48,069 nucleotides of DNA from an uncultured Candidatus Saccharibacteria bacterium (GTDB lineage Bacteria > Patescibacteriota > Minisyncoccia > Phycocordibacterales > Phycocordibacteraceae): contig CAYQCB010000001.1 of NCBI GenBank assembly GCA_964415875.1, positions 1 through 48,069 of the forward strand, in the 5' to 3' direction. The notes beneath the pieces are model-generated. The model worked only from the letters and a program-made list of their open reading frames with translations. It was not told where the DNA came from and did not search any database. Shown in pieces: positions 34,592 to 42,718 of this stretch (positions within the stretch are counted from its first letter, which is position 1; each line of letters begins with the position of its first letter). Position numbers and translations under genes: made by a program.

Positions 34592-37500
34592 TTAATGTAG
34601 GGGTGCGTCGCTTTCGCTTGGAAGCGTGAGTGGCTCCACGTCAAGCGCAAGACCGCGAATCTGGTTGGTAAGCACGGCAAAAGATGCTGGCGTGCCGGTG
34701 TGACTGATTGGTTCACCTTTCACGATTGCGTCAAAGGCGGCCGAGCGACCCTGAATGTCGTCTGACTTGATGGTAAGCATTTCTCGAAGTGTATACGCGG
34801 CGCCGTACCCAAGCAGTGCCCACACTTCCATTTCTCCAAAACGTTGACCGCCGTTTTGCGCCTTGCCGCCAAGTGGCTGCTGCGTAATAAGCGAGTAGGG
34901 ACCAATGGAGCGCATGTGGATCTTGTCCTCCACCATGTGGTGCAGTTTCAAGATGTACATGTAGCCAACGGACACTTCCTGCGCAAACGGCTCTCCCGTG
35001 CAGCCGTCAAAGAGTTGCATCTTGCCACTCTTCGAGAATCCAGCCGTTTCAAGCTCGCTGCTGATTTCTTGAATAGTCGCTCCGGAGAACGGCGGCACCA
35101 CGGCTTGGTACCCGAGTGTGTGCGCGGCAAGGCCCAAGTGGAGTTCGAGGATTTGCCCCAAGTTCATACGGCTCGGCACGCCGAACGGCGTGAGGATGAC
35201 GTCGATAGGATTGCCGTCTTTGTCATACGGCATCTCCTCTACTGGAAGCACGCGACTGATAACACCCTTGTTGCCGTGACGACCGGCGAGTTTGTCGCCC
35301 ACGTTTACGTTACGCACCTGCGCAACAGTCACCACTATCTTTTTGATAATGCCGGTCTCCAGCTGATCGCCTTTTTCACGGCTAAAGACGCGCACGCCGA
35401 TGATGCGTCCGCGCTTGCCGCCTTCCATGCGCATGCTGGTGTCCTTCACGTCCTTTGCTTTGTCACCGAAAATCGAACGCAACAGACGCTCTTCCGGCGT
35501 GAGCTGTGTCTCACCTTTGGGCGTCACCTTTCCAACCAGAATGTCGCCCGGGCGCACCTCTGCACCGATACGAATCACTCCTTCCTCGTCGAGGTTCTTC
35601 AGACGAAGTTCGCCGACGTTTGGAATGTCGTGCGTAGTTGTCTCGGGACCGAGCTTGGTGTCGCGCACAGCACACTCGAAGTCTTCAATATGTACCGTTG
35701 TAAATTTCGACTCCTGCACGAGACGCTCTGAGATGATGATGGCATCCTCGAAGTTGGCGCCGTTCCAACTCATGAAGCCGACGCGCACGTTCTGCCCAAG
35801 CGCTAGTTGGCCGCCCTGCGTCGAGGAGTTATCAGCGAGCACGTCTCCCTTCTTCACCCTGTCGCCCATGTGCACCGACGGACGCTGCATGAAAGCAGAG
35901 TTTTGATTTGTCTGCGTGAGCCCCTGCAGACGGTAGTCTTTCGGCTTGCCTTCCTTGCCCTGCACGGTGATTTTGCGCGCATCAACGTGAATGACTTCGC
36001 CTGCTTCTTCAGCAATAACGAGTCGCCCGGTGCTGCGTGCTGCGTGGCCTTCAATACCTGTTGCTACAAGCGGCGCCTCAGGAATAAGTACCGGCGTAGC
36101 CTGCTTCTGCATGTTAGAACCCATGAGTGCGCGGTTCGCATCGTCGTGGTTTACAAACGGAATCATGTTTGTCGCCACGGAAAACATTTGATACGTGGAA
36201 ACGTCCATGAGCGTCACGGCATCTTTCGCGACAATGATCGGCTCGCCCTTAAAGCGTGCCTCGAGAGTCGCTGCAACAATGTTGCCCGCATCGTCAAGTG
36301 GCGTAGCGGCGTGTGCAATTGTTTCAAGCTCTTCGTCGAGTGCATTCAAGTACACGATTTCGTCGGTCACCTTGCCGTCCTTCACGCGAGCATAGGGCGT
36401 TTCGATCACGCCGAAGTCGTTCGTGCGTGCGTGCGTCGCCATGTGCAAAATAAGCCCAATGTTCTGTCCTTCTGGCGTATGGATCGGGCAGAGCCTGCCG
36501 TAGTGGGAAGGGTGCACGTCGCGCACTTCAAAGCCTGCGCGCTCTCTTGTAAGTCCGCCGGGACCGAGTGCTGAGAACGTGCGCATGTTTTCAAGCTCGG
36601 CGAGAATGTTCTGCTGATCCATAAACTGCGAAAGTTGGTTCGCCGTGAAGAACTCGCGTACCGCTGCCTGGAAGGGGCGCGGGTTCACGAGCGCAGCGGG
36701 GAGCGATGTTTCGCTTTCAATAGTAGACATGCGATCCTGAATGTTGCGCTTCATGCGGCTCATGCCAACGCGCATGCGCGACTGCAAGAGTTCTCCGACG
36801 AATCGCACGCGACGGAAACCGAGGTGGTCGATGTCGTCCGGACGTGCGGAAGGATCAACGTTAAGCTTGGTGATTTCCGAGACGATACGCGTGAAGTCTG
36901 CGAGCGTGAGTGTGCGCTTCTCGAGTGCCTTCTCAGTTACCGGCAATCCGAAACGCGCGTTCAGGCGGTGACGTCCCACGCGACCCAAATCGTAGCGTTC
37001 AGCGGAGAAAACGGACTGCACAAAGTTCTTTGCGTTTTCCGGCGTCGCCAGGTCGCCGTCGCGCATGCGGCGGTGGATTTCAATATAGGCATCTTCAACG
37101 GACTTTGCCTCGTCATGCGCAAGCGTTGCCTGAATAGCTGCGAGAGCTCGCTCGTCGCCGGCAAAGTGCTTCAAAAGAGCCTCACCCACACCGGCTCCAA
37201 AAACAGTGAACAGCTGTGTGATAGGGAATTTGCGCTTGCGGTCAATTTTCACAAAGATTGCACCGTCAGCCTCTGAGTCGATCTCGATCCATACGCCGCG
37301 TAGTGGAATTATCTTCGCACCGAAATACGGCTTGCCGCGAATGAGCTCTGACACAAAGAATGCGCCAAAGGAACGGGCGAGCTGCGGCACAATGGCGCGC
37401 TCCACACCAGAAACGACAAAAGACCCGTGCGGGGTCATGATAGGCACATCGGCGAGGAACATCTCTTGTGTTTTCTCCGAACCAAGCGTCTTGTTGATAA

Positions 37501-37780
37501 GCTTCACCGAGACCTTGAGCGGCGCCTCGTACGTGCGCATGTTCTCGCGCGCAAAATCTTCATCGTACTTTGGTTCGCCAAGTTCGAACCCGTCAATCTG
37601 CAGTTCAAACTTCTTGCCAGAGTAGTCGGTAATCGGAGAAAACTCTTTGAATAATTCGCCGAGCCCTTCTTTCAAAAGCCAGTCGAACGAGCCGCGCTGG
37701 TGACCCACTAGGTCAGGAAATGCTACTTTGGGAGCCCGGAAGGCACCGAACGTCTTCTGCACGATTTCGTTTTTCGTCAT
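34592..37780 (-). CDS. rpoB: RNA polymerase subunit beta
   Basis: GRHGNKGVIS and FGEMEVWAL motifs. 1062 aa. Confidence 0.95.
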   Translation of the reverse strand: MTKNEIVQKTFGAFRAPKVAFPDLVGHQRGSFDWLLKEGLGELFKEFSPITDYSGKKFELQIDGFELGEPKYDEDFARENMRTYEAPLKVSVKLINKTLGSEKTQEMFLADVPIMTPHGSFVVSGVERAIVPQLARSFGAFFVSELIRGKPYFGAKIIPLRGVWIEIDSEADGAIFVKIDRKRKFPITQLFTVFGAGVGEALLKHFAGDERALAAIQATLAHDEAKSVEDAYIEIHRRMRDGDLATPENAKNFVQSVFSAERYDLGRVGRHRLNARFGLPVTEKALEKRTLTLADFTRIVSEITKLNVDPSARPDDIDHLGFRRVRFVGELLQSRMRVGMSRMKRNIQDRMSTIESETSLPAALVNPRPFQAAVREFFTANQLSQFMDQQNILAELENMRTFSALGPGGLTRERAGFEVRDVHPSHYGRLCPIHTPEGQNIGLILHMATHARTNDFGVIETPYARVKDGKVTDEIVYLNALDEELETIAHAATPLDDAGNIVAATLEARFKGEPIIVAKDAVTLMDVSTYQMFSVATNMIPFVNHDDANRALMGSNMQKQATPVLIPEAPLVATGIEGHAARSTGRLVIAEEAGEVIHVDARKITVQGKEGKPKDYRLQGLTQTNQNSAFMQRPSVHMGDRVKKGDVLADNSSTQGGQLALGQNVRVGFMSWNGANFEDAIIISERLVQESKFTTVHIEDFECAVRDTKLGPETTTHDIPNVGELRLKNLDEEGVIRIGAEVRPGDILVGKVTPKGETQLTPEERLLRSIFGDKAKDVKDTSMRMEGGKRGRIIGVRVFSREKGDQLETGIIKKIVVTVAQVRNVNVGDKLAGRHGNKGVISRVLPVEEMPYDKDGNPIDVILTPFGVPSRMNLGQILELHLGLAAHTLGYQAVVPPFSGATIQEISSELETAGFSKSGKMQLFDGCTGEPFAQEVSVGYMYILKLHHMVEDKIHMRSIGPYSLITQQPLGGKAQNGGQRFGEMEVWALLGYGAAYTLREMLTIKSDDIQGRSAAFDAIVKGEPISHTGTPASFAVLTNQIRGLALDVEPLTLPSESDAPLH

Positions 37781-37926
37781 GTGGAGGATGTGCGTGAGGT
37801 GAGTAAGGTTTTAAATATAGAAATGCAAACGCACGGACAAAGTCCGCTCTCGCGTTTCGCGCCTGTCTTTTTGTGCCCGTATATACTCCCTTACCCGCCG
37901 CTACACATTCGTTTTTGGGTAGCCAC

Positions 37927-37955
37927 ACTATACCAACCTCTCGTTTTGAGCGCAA
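37927..37955 (-). promoter_or_regulatory. putative sigma70 promoter upstream of rpoB
   Basis: On the minus strand: TTGCGC (37955-37950), a 17-nt spacer, then TATAGT (37932-37927). About 146 nt upstream of the rpoB ATG. Confidence 0.45.
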
Positions 37956-37974
37956 GGGGTCTGTGGATACAAAG

Positions 37975-38002
37975 GCGGGCGGGTCCATGAGGACCCGCCC
38001 GC
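37975..38002 (-). terminator. GC-rich hairpin after the membrane-protein gene
   Basis: GCGGGCGGGTCC-4 nt-GGACCCGCCCGC, starting 5 nt past the stop at 38007. The T-run is weak (CTTTGT). Confidence 0.5.
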
Positions 38003-38006
38003 GGTG

Positions 38007-38558
38007 TCAGCTCGCTCCGATAATAACAAGCTCGGACAGAGTTTTATTCTTTTTCCGTCCCCAGTCATATGGGGGACGTCTGACACTCATGAAGTATGCG
38101 CCCCAGAGGTAAGTCCAGATGTTTATGCACCAGACACATTGCTCTAACACTTTTGGATCTGTGATTAAGCTTGCAAATCCGTGCATTTGCTCGAGTAGTT
38201 GAACGGAGCTAAAACAAGCGGCAAGAACGATCGTTAGCCTCATCGAACCAACTGAGTGATACGAGAGCGTTCCTGTTGCCCTCGACCCCCTTTGGGCTCG
38301 CTCATCTTCATGGGATACCACGTGAAGTAGGTAGGCAAGGGCAATTATGAGTAAGGGCCCGAAAAAGATGTCCATAATCTCTAGATCGTGTGTCAACGAT
38401 GCCTTAAGTCCCAGCGAAAGTATCTCGGTGAGCATGACAACACCGAAGCAAAGCCACGCAAGAAAAAAGTTTGTTCGGCCGGTGAGCCGTTCAAATCGCC
38501 AGGCAAACGGAGTAAACACTCGATCGAGCACAAGCGTATCGATTTTTTCTAGCAGCAT
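38007..38558 (-). CDS. hypothetical membrane protein
   Basis: 183-aa ORF with about 4 hydrophobic helices. No motif recognised. Confidence 0.45.
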   Translation of the reverse strand: MLLEKIDTLVLDRVFTPFAWRFERLTGRTNFFLAWLCFGVVMLTEILSLGLKASLTHDLEIMDIFFGPLLIIALAYLLHVVSHEDERAQRGSRATGTLSYHSVGSMRLTIVLAACFSSVQLLEQMHGFASLITDPKVLEQCVWCINIWTYLWGAYFMSVRRPPYDWGRKKNKTLSELVIIGAS

Positions 38559-38611
38559 TTAAACCCCCACGGTTGTGTAGAACACCCACCTTGAACACTA
38601 CTTTTAAATTC

Positions 38612-39262
38612 TTATTTGTCCAATCGCCAGGAGTCGATTTTTGCATGATTGCCAGTCTTAAGGACGGGTGGCACCTTATAGGTCTTCTTTTTGTGAACTA
38701 TGACATCAGGACGTGTATACACAGCATGAGACGCGACGCGCCGTTCTTCCACAGACTCGTCTTTGCCGAGCACACCTGGAATGCGTCGCGTAACGGCGTC
38801 GACGATTGCAAGCGCTGGAATTTCGCCGCCAGTATACACAGCCTCTCCTACGGAAAACTCTTTCACCGGTGCAATCGTTTTCAAAATGTTTTTAGCTCGC
38901 TCGTCGATGCCCTCGTAACGCCCGCACACAAGCACAACGTCGTCGTAGGCAAGCAGGGCGTCTGCGTCCTTGTTGCTAAATTGTTTAGCGTCCGGGCGAA
39001 ACCACACAATCACGCGCTTGCCGCGCTTGCGACCAATGGCTTTCTCTACAGCTTTCACCACAGGCAATGCCTGCATCACCATACCCGGGCCGCCGCCGTA
39101 GGGGCGCTCATCTACTTTGCCCCAACGATTACTCACAAAGGTACGCGGGGAAAAATAAGAGATTGACATCTTCTTTTCGGTGCGCGCTCGTCCCACTATG
39201 GAAGCCGAAAGATACGCGTCGCACGCGTCTTCAAAAAGGGTGATGAGGTGAAAGCGAATCAT
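38612..39262 (-). CDS. trmD: tRNA (guanine37-N1)-methyltransferase
   Basis: Start at MIRFHLITLFED. DERPYGGGPGMVM. The ORF is open to 39307, but that extension runs into the repeat element. Confidence 0.85.
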   Translation of the reverse strand: MIRFHLITLFEDACDAYLSASIVGRARTEKKMSISYFSPRTFVSNRWGKVDERPYGGGPGMVMQALPVVKAVEKAIGRKRGKRVIVWFRPDAKQFSNKDADALLAYDDVVLVCGRYEGIDERAKNILKTIAPVKEFSVGEAVYTGGEIPALAIVDAVTRRIPGVLGKDESVEERRVASHAVYTRPDVIVHKKKTYKVPPVLKTGNHAKIDSWRLDK

Positions 39263-39304
39263 AAATAGCACCGTCTTTTTATCAAACTCTGACCCTCTTC
39301 TGTG

Positions 39305-39408
39305 CAAGAGGCGAATGATTGGTGAGGCTCTGCGCAGAGCGACGGCTCGAGCAGGAGGAAAATTTTTAGTAAAAAATTATTCCGTACTCACCAATCATCC
39401 GCCTCTTG
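39305..39408. repeat. palindromic element, copy 2 (intergenic, between KH-protein gene and trmD)
   Basis: 22-bp terminal inverted repeat with one mismatch (CAAGAGGCGAATGATTGGTGAG / CTCACCAATCATCCGCCTCTTG) around the same 60-nt core. Confidence 0.85.
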
Positions 39409-39412
39409 CGAC

Positions 39413-39739
39413 TCATGCCGACAAATCGTCGATTACCTGATCAATAGTCTTCCCTTCAGGATCGCCTGCCTGCGCAGTCAGACGCTTGCCGCCGACCGGC
39501 TCATTTATTTTCAAACTCACACGCGCATTATGCTTCATGCCCACCGCCGTAAGGAGCGGGCGAATTGCGCCATTTGCGAGCTTTCCGCCCTTACCAATGA
39601 CCTTGCCCATGTCGTCTGGGTGCACACGCATCGTCAGCAATACGCCCAAGTTGTCCACAGTGCGCTCAATATGCACATCGTCGGGGTGATCGACGATGGC
39701 TTTTATTACGTACTCGAGAAAAGCTACTTCCGGTTCCAT
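39413..39739 (-). CDS. KH-domain RNA-binding protein (YlqC/UPF0109-like)
   Basis: Start MEPEVAFLEYVIKAIVDHPDDV. GKVIGKGGK GXXG loop. Conserved position after rpsP. Confidence 0.75.
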   Translation of the reverse strand: MEPEVAFLEYVIKAIVDHPDDVHIERTVDNLGVLLTMRVHPDDMGKVIGKGGKLANGAIRPLLTAVGMKHNARVSLKINEPVGGKRLTAQAGDPEGKTIDQVIDDLSA

Positions 39740-39789
39740 AGGTAATAGATTAGGAAAACGCAGACCCAAAGCCAAAGCGCCGTCAGACG

Positions 39790-40206
39790 CTACGCCGAGA
39801 CCTCCTCAGTAGAGACTTCTTGTGCTGGTGCCTCTGGTGCCGCCTCTGCTGCAGGAGCCTTCTCTGCAGGAGACGGTACTTCGGCAGCCGCCTCTGCTAT
39901 AGGCGCTATGGCAACCGGCTCTTCTTTCTTGGGTGCCGTCTTCTTTGGAAGAACGTTACGCTTCTTGCCCTCGATAACGCCCTGGGAGACCAAGAGATTG
40001 TGCACAGAATCAGTTGGCTGTGCACCCTTCCCTATCCACGCCTTGATGCTCTCCGCGTTAAGCGTAAGGGCTTTAGTTTTCGGGTTATAGGTGCCGACCT
40101 GTTCCACGATAGCGCCCGCCTTTGCGGCACGCTCCTTCTCGAGTACGGAAATACGAAAAGCCGGATCATTGGTGCGGCCTATGCGCTGGAATCGAATCAT
40201 CAACAT
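39790..40206 (-). CDS. rpsP: 30S ribosomal protein S16 with an Ala/Pro/Glu-rich C-terminal tail
   Basis: MLMIRFQRIGRTNDPAFRISV...GTYNP. The tail runs from about residue 95. Confidence 0.9.
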   Translation of the reverse strand: MLMIRFQRIGRTNDPAFRISVLEKERAAKAGAIVEQVGTYNPKTKALTLNAESIKAWIGKGAQPTDSVHNLLVSQGVIEGKKRNVLPKKTAPKKEEPVAIAPIAEAAAEVPSPAEKAPAAEAAPEAPAQEVSTEEVSA

Positions 40207-40340
40207 GTGCAGCCGACTATAGCAGAATAGTTTTAATAGTGCTAGCCCTGTTACAAACTGCCCTTCCGCAGCATACGGGGCGCCCGCTATCCGTCTGCGT
40301 TCTATTTACATAGATTTGTAACGGGGCTACAGTGCAAGAA

Positions 40341-42347
40341 ATGCCGACAGCCACCTCCTACCAAGGGCCGATCACCATGACCCGCAAGGGCATGGGCTTT
40401 TTCACCATCCCGGACGCAACCGGTAGTGCTGCAAAAACGGCCACAAAAGACGAGGACCTACTCATTCCCCCCGAGTGGACCCTGCACGCACTCCACGGCG
40501 ACATCGTCCGCGTTGAGCCTGCAGGACAGTACCGCGACCCCTCAGGACGCATGCCGCCGCGCGCTGCTGGCCGCGTCGTGGAAATTATCTCTCGCGCTCG
40601 CGAGACCTTTGTGGGCACTCTTGCCACTCACGACGAACCCGGCACCTACCAGGGCATGACTATTCTCATCCCCGATTGGAAGAAAATGCATGTGCCCGTG
40701 GAAGTGCGTGGTTCAAACCCAAAGGACTTGGGCTACAAGGTGCTCGTGCGCATTGGCGGCTGGGACAACACTTCTCCGTGCCCGTGGGGCACCGTCGAGC
40801 AAGTCATCGGTAAGGCAGGCGTACACGACGTGGAGATGCGCGCCCTTGCGCTCGGGCAGGGTTTTGCCAGCGAATTTCCTCCAGGCGTGCTTTCTGACGC
40901 CGCTTACTTGAAGGAACACGGCCGTGAACTGCTTGCTGCAGAAGCAGCAAAAGTGGGCAGCTCCTTTCCTCGCCGCGATTACCGCGACGCGCCTACCTGC
41001 ACCATTGACCCCGCAGACGCAAAAGACTTTGACGACGCCCTCTCGCTGCGCACCCTTCCCGACGGCACGTTTGAAGTGGGCGTGCACATTGCCGACGTTT
41101 CATTTTTTGTAAAACCGGGCACAGCGCTCGACACCGAAGCCCGCGAGCGCGCCACAAGCGTGTACCTCGTCGACCGCACCATTCCTATGCTCCCCGAAGT
41201 GCTCTCGAATGATCTGTGTTCACTAAACCCAAACGAGGACCGTCTTGCGGTCTCTGCAGTTTTCACGCTCGACAAAGAAGCAAACATTCTGAGTCGCTGG
41301 TTTGGCGAGACGGTCATTCACTCTGACAAGCGCTTTACCTACGAAGAGGCGCAGGGCGTACTCGACGCGGGCACAGGCACCATGCACACAGAACTGTCTC
41401 AGTTGCATGCGCTCTCTAAAAAAATCCGAGTAGCACGCCAAGCAAAAGGTGCCGTCGAGTTTGACACGGCCGAAGTGAAAGTGATTCTCGACGAAGCGGG
41501 CACGCCGATTGCCGTCAAGCTAAAAGAGCGCCAAGACACCAACCTCCTTATCGAGGACTTCATGTTGCTCGCAAATGAGTCGGTCGCAGAATATCTCGCA
41601 AAGCTCACAAAAGACGGCGGCCCACACTTCTCTTCTATCTATCGCATCCACGACGCACCGGATGCCGACCGTATTGAAACCCTTGCCGATCTACTCCGCG
41701 TCATGGGCTACCACCTAAAGACTGCAGCGGGCCGCGTCACGGGCGCAGAGCTTAATCGCCTTATGGAGTCGGTCAAAGGCACGCCGGAAGAATACTTGGT
41801 AAAAACGGCAACACTCCGCTCCATGAGCAAGGCCGTCTACTCCACAAAAAACATTGGGCACTTTGGCCTCGCCTTTGATTTTTATACGCACTTCACTTCC
41901 CCAATTCGTCGGTATCCAGATTTAGTTGTCCACCGCCTCATCAAGGCGCATGCGGGCGGCGACCCAGTCACCGTTGCTGAAATGGAAGAGTTCAGTACTC
42001 TTGCACTCCACGCTTCAGAGCGCGAAGTGGGTGCCGCCGACGCAGAGCGGAGCTCAATTAAGATGAAGCAAGTGGAGTTCCTCGCACCACATATCGGCGA
42101 GACCTTTGACGCCGTGATTTCCGGTGTGAACGATCGCGGCCTCTATATTGAAGAGCAGACAACGCATGCTGATGGCATGATCCGTATTAAAGACGTAGGC
42201 GACGATTATTTTGAATACGACGAGAAGCACTACCGCCTCGTCGGCCGCCGCACCAAGAAAGCATTTCAGCTTGGCGACCCCATCCGCGTAAAGCTCACTG
42301 CGGCTCGCGTTGCAGAGAAGGAATTGGACTTCGTTCCCGTTGCGTAA
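40341..42347 (+). CDS. rnr: ribonuclease R
   Basis: RNB motifs DPADAKDFDDALS and YLVDRTIPMLP. FTSPIRRYPDLVVHR. C-terminal S1 domain. Alternative GTG start at 40332. Confidence 0.9.
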   Translation: MPTATSYQGPITMTRKGMGFFTIPDATGSAAKTATKDEDLLIPPEWTLHALHGDIVRVEPAGQYRDPSGRMPPRAAGRVVEIISRARETFVGTLATHDEPGTYQGMTILIPDWKKMHVPVEVRGSNPKDLGYKVLVRIGGWDNTSPCPWGTVEQVIGKAGVHDVEMRALALGQGFASEFPPGVLSDAAYLKEHGRELLAAEAAKVGSSFPRRDYRDAPTCTIDPADAKDFDDALSLRTLPDGTFEVGVHIADVSFFVKPGTALDTEARERATSVYLVDRTIPMLPEVLSNDLCSLNPNEDRLAVSAVFTLDKEANILSRWFGETVIHSDKRFTYEEAQGVLDAGTGTMHTELSQLHALSKKIRVARQAKGAVEFDTAEVKVILDEAGTPIAVKLKERQDTNLLIEDFMLLANESVAEYLAKLTKDGGPHFSSIYRIHDAPDADRIETLADLLRVMGYHLKTAAGRVTGAELNRLMESVKGTPEEYLVKTATLRSMSKAVYSTKNIGHFGLAFDFYTHFTSPIRRYPDLVVHRLIKAHAGGDPVTVAEMEEFSTLALHASEREVGAADAERSSIKMKQVEFLAPHIGETFDAVISGVNDRGLYIEEQTTHADGMIRIKDVGDDYFEYDEKHYRLVGRRTKKAFQLGDPIRVKLTAARVAEKELDFVPVA

Positions 42348-42362
42348 CGAGAGAACAAGACT

Positions 42363-42557
42363 GTGTGGCAGGACTACATACTGACTGCGGCGAATAGTGC
42401 CTTCTGTCTGACGCTTACCCCGATGCTGCGCAGGACGGAAAAACCACCTTACCTATCAAGCATCACGACCGGAGTACTTCTCCTCACCGTTGCCGCTATT
42501 ATGGCAACGCTCCATCTTTGGTTCGCTGCTGCATCACGAGCCATTGTCGGCATCTAA
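42363..42557 (+). CDS. possible small 2-TM membrane protein
   Basis: 64-aa ORF with a GTG start and a hydrophobic sequence. No other support. Confidence 0.25.
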   Translation: MWQDYILTAANSAFCLTLTPMLRRTEKPPYLSSITTGVLLLTVAAIMATLHLWFAAASRAIVGI

Positions 42558-42627
42558 TAGCTCGCACTCGCCTATCGACGCTATCGAAGCGAAAAGAAAC
42601 TACTCTTCGTCCCATCGAAAAACCTAG

Positions 42628-42666
42628 GTGCCTCCTTGATGGACACGGTGTCGATCAAGAAGGCAC
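42628..42666. terminator. imperfect long hairpin between convergent genes
   Basis: GTGCCTCCTTGAT-GGACACGGTGTC-GATCAAGAAGGCAC. The apical GGACAC..GTGTC resembles the hairpins at 1130-1229. Confidence 0.5.
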
Positions 42667-42718
42667 GGCCTTTGACGAAAACACCTGAATTACTGAAACT
42701 TCGTAGCGCCACCAGGCG

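Noticed and set aside
34844-37276. Long plus-strand ORFs (295, 255 and 213 aa, plus others) lying antisense to rpoB. Similar ORFs lie antisense to rpoC, the helicase gene, smc and the lipase gene.
   Set aside because: These are typical shadow ORFs of GC-rich DNA. They sit entirely inside strongly supported genes, have Arg/Ala/Cys/His-rich compositions with no motifs, and lack SD sequences.
39263-39307. Upstream extension of the trmD ORF (MHRRGSEFDKKTVLF...).
   Set aside because: TrmD homology begins at MIRFHLITLFED. The extension abuts the left arm of the repeat element and is most likely non-coding.
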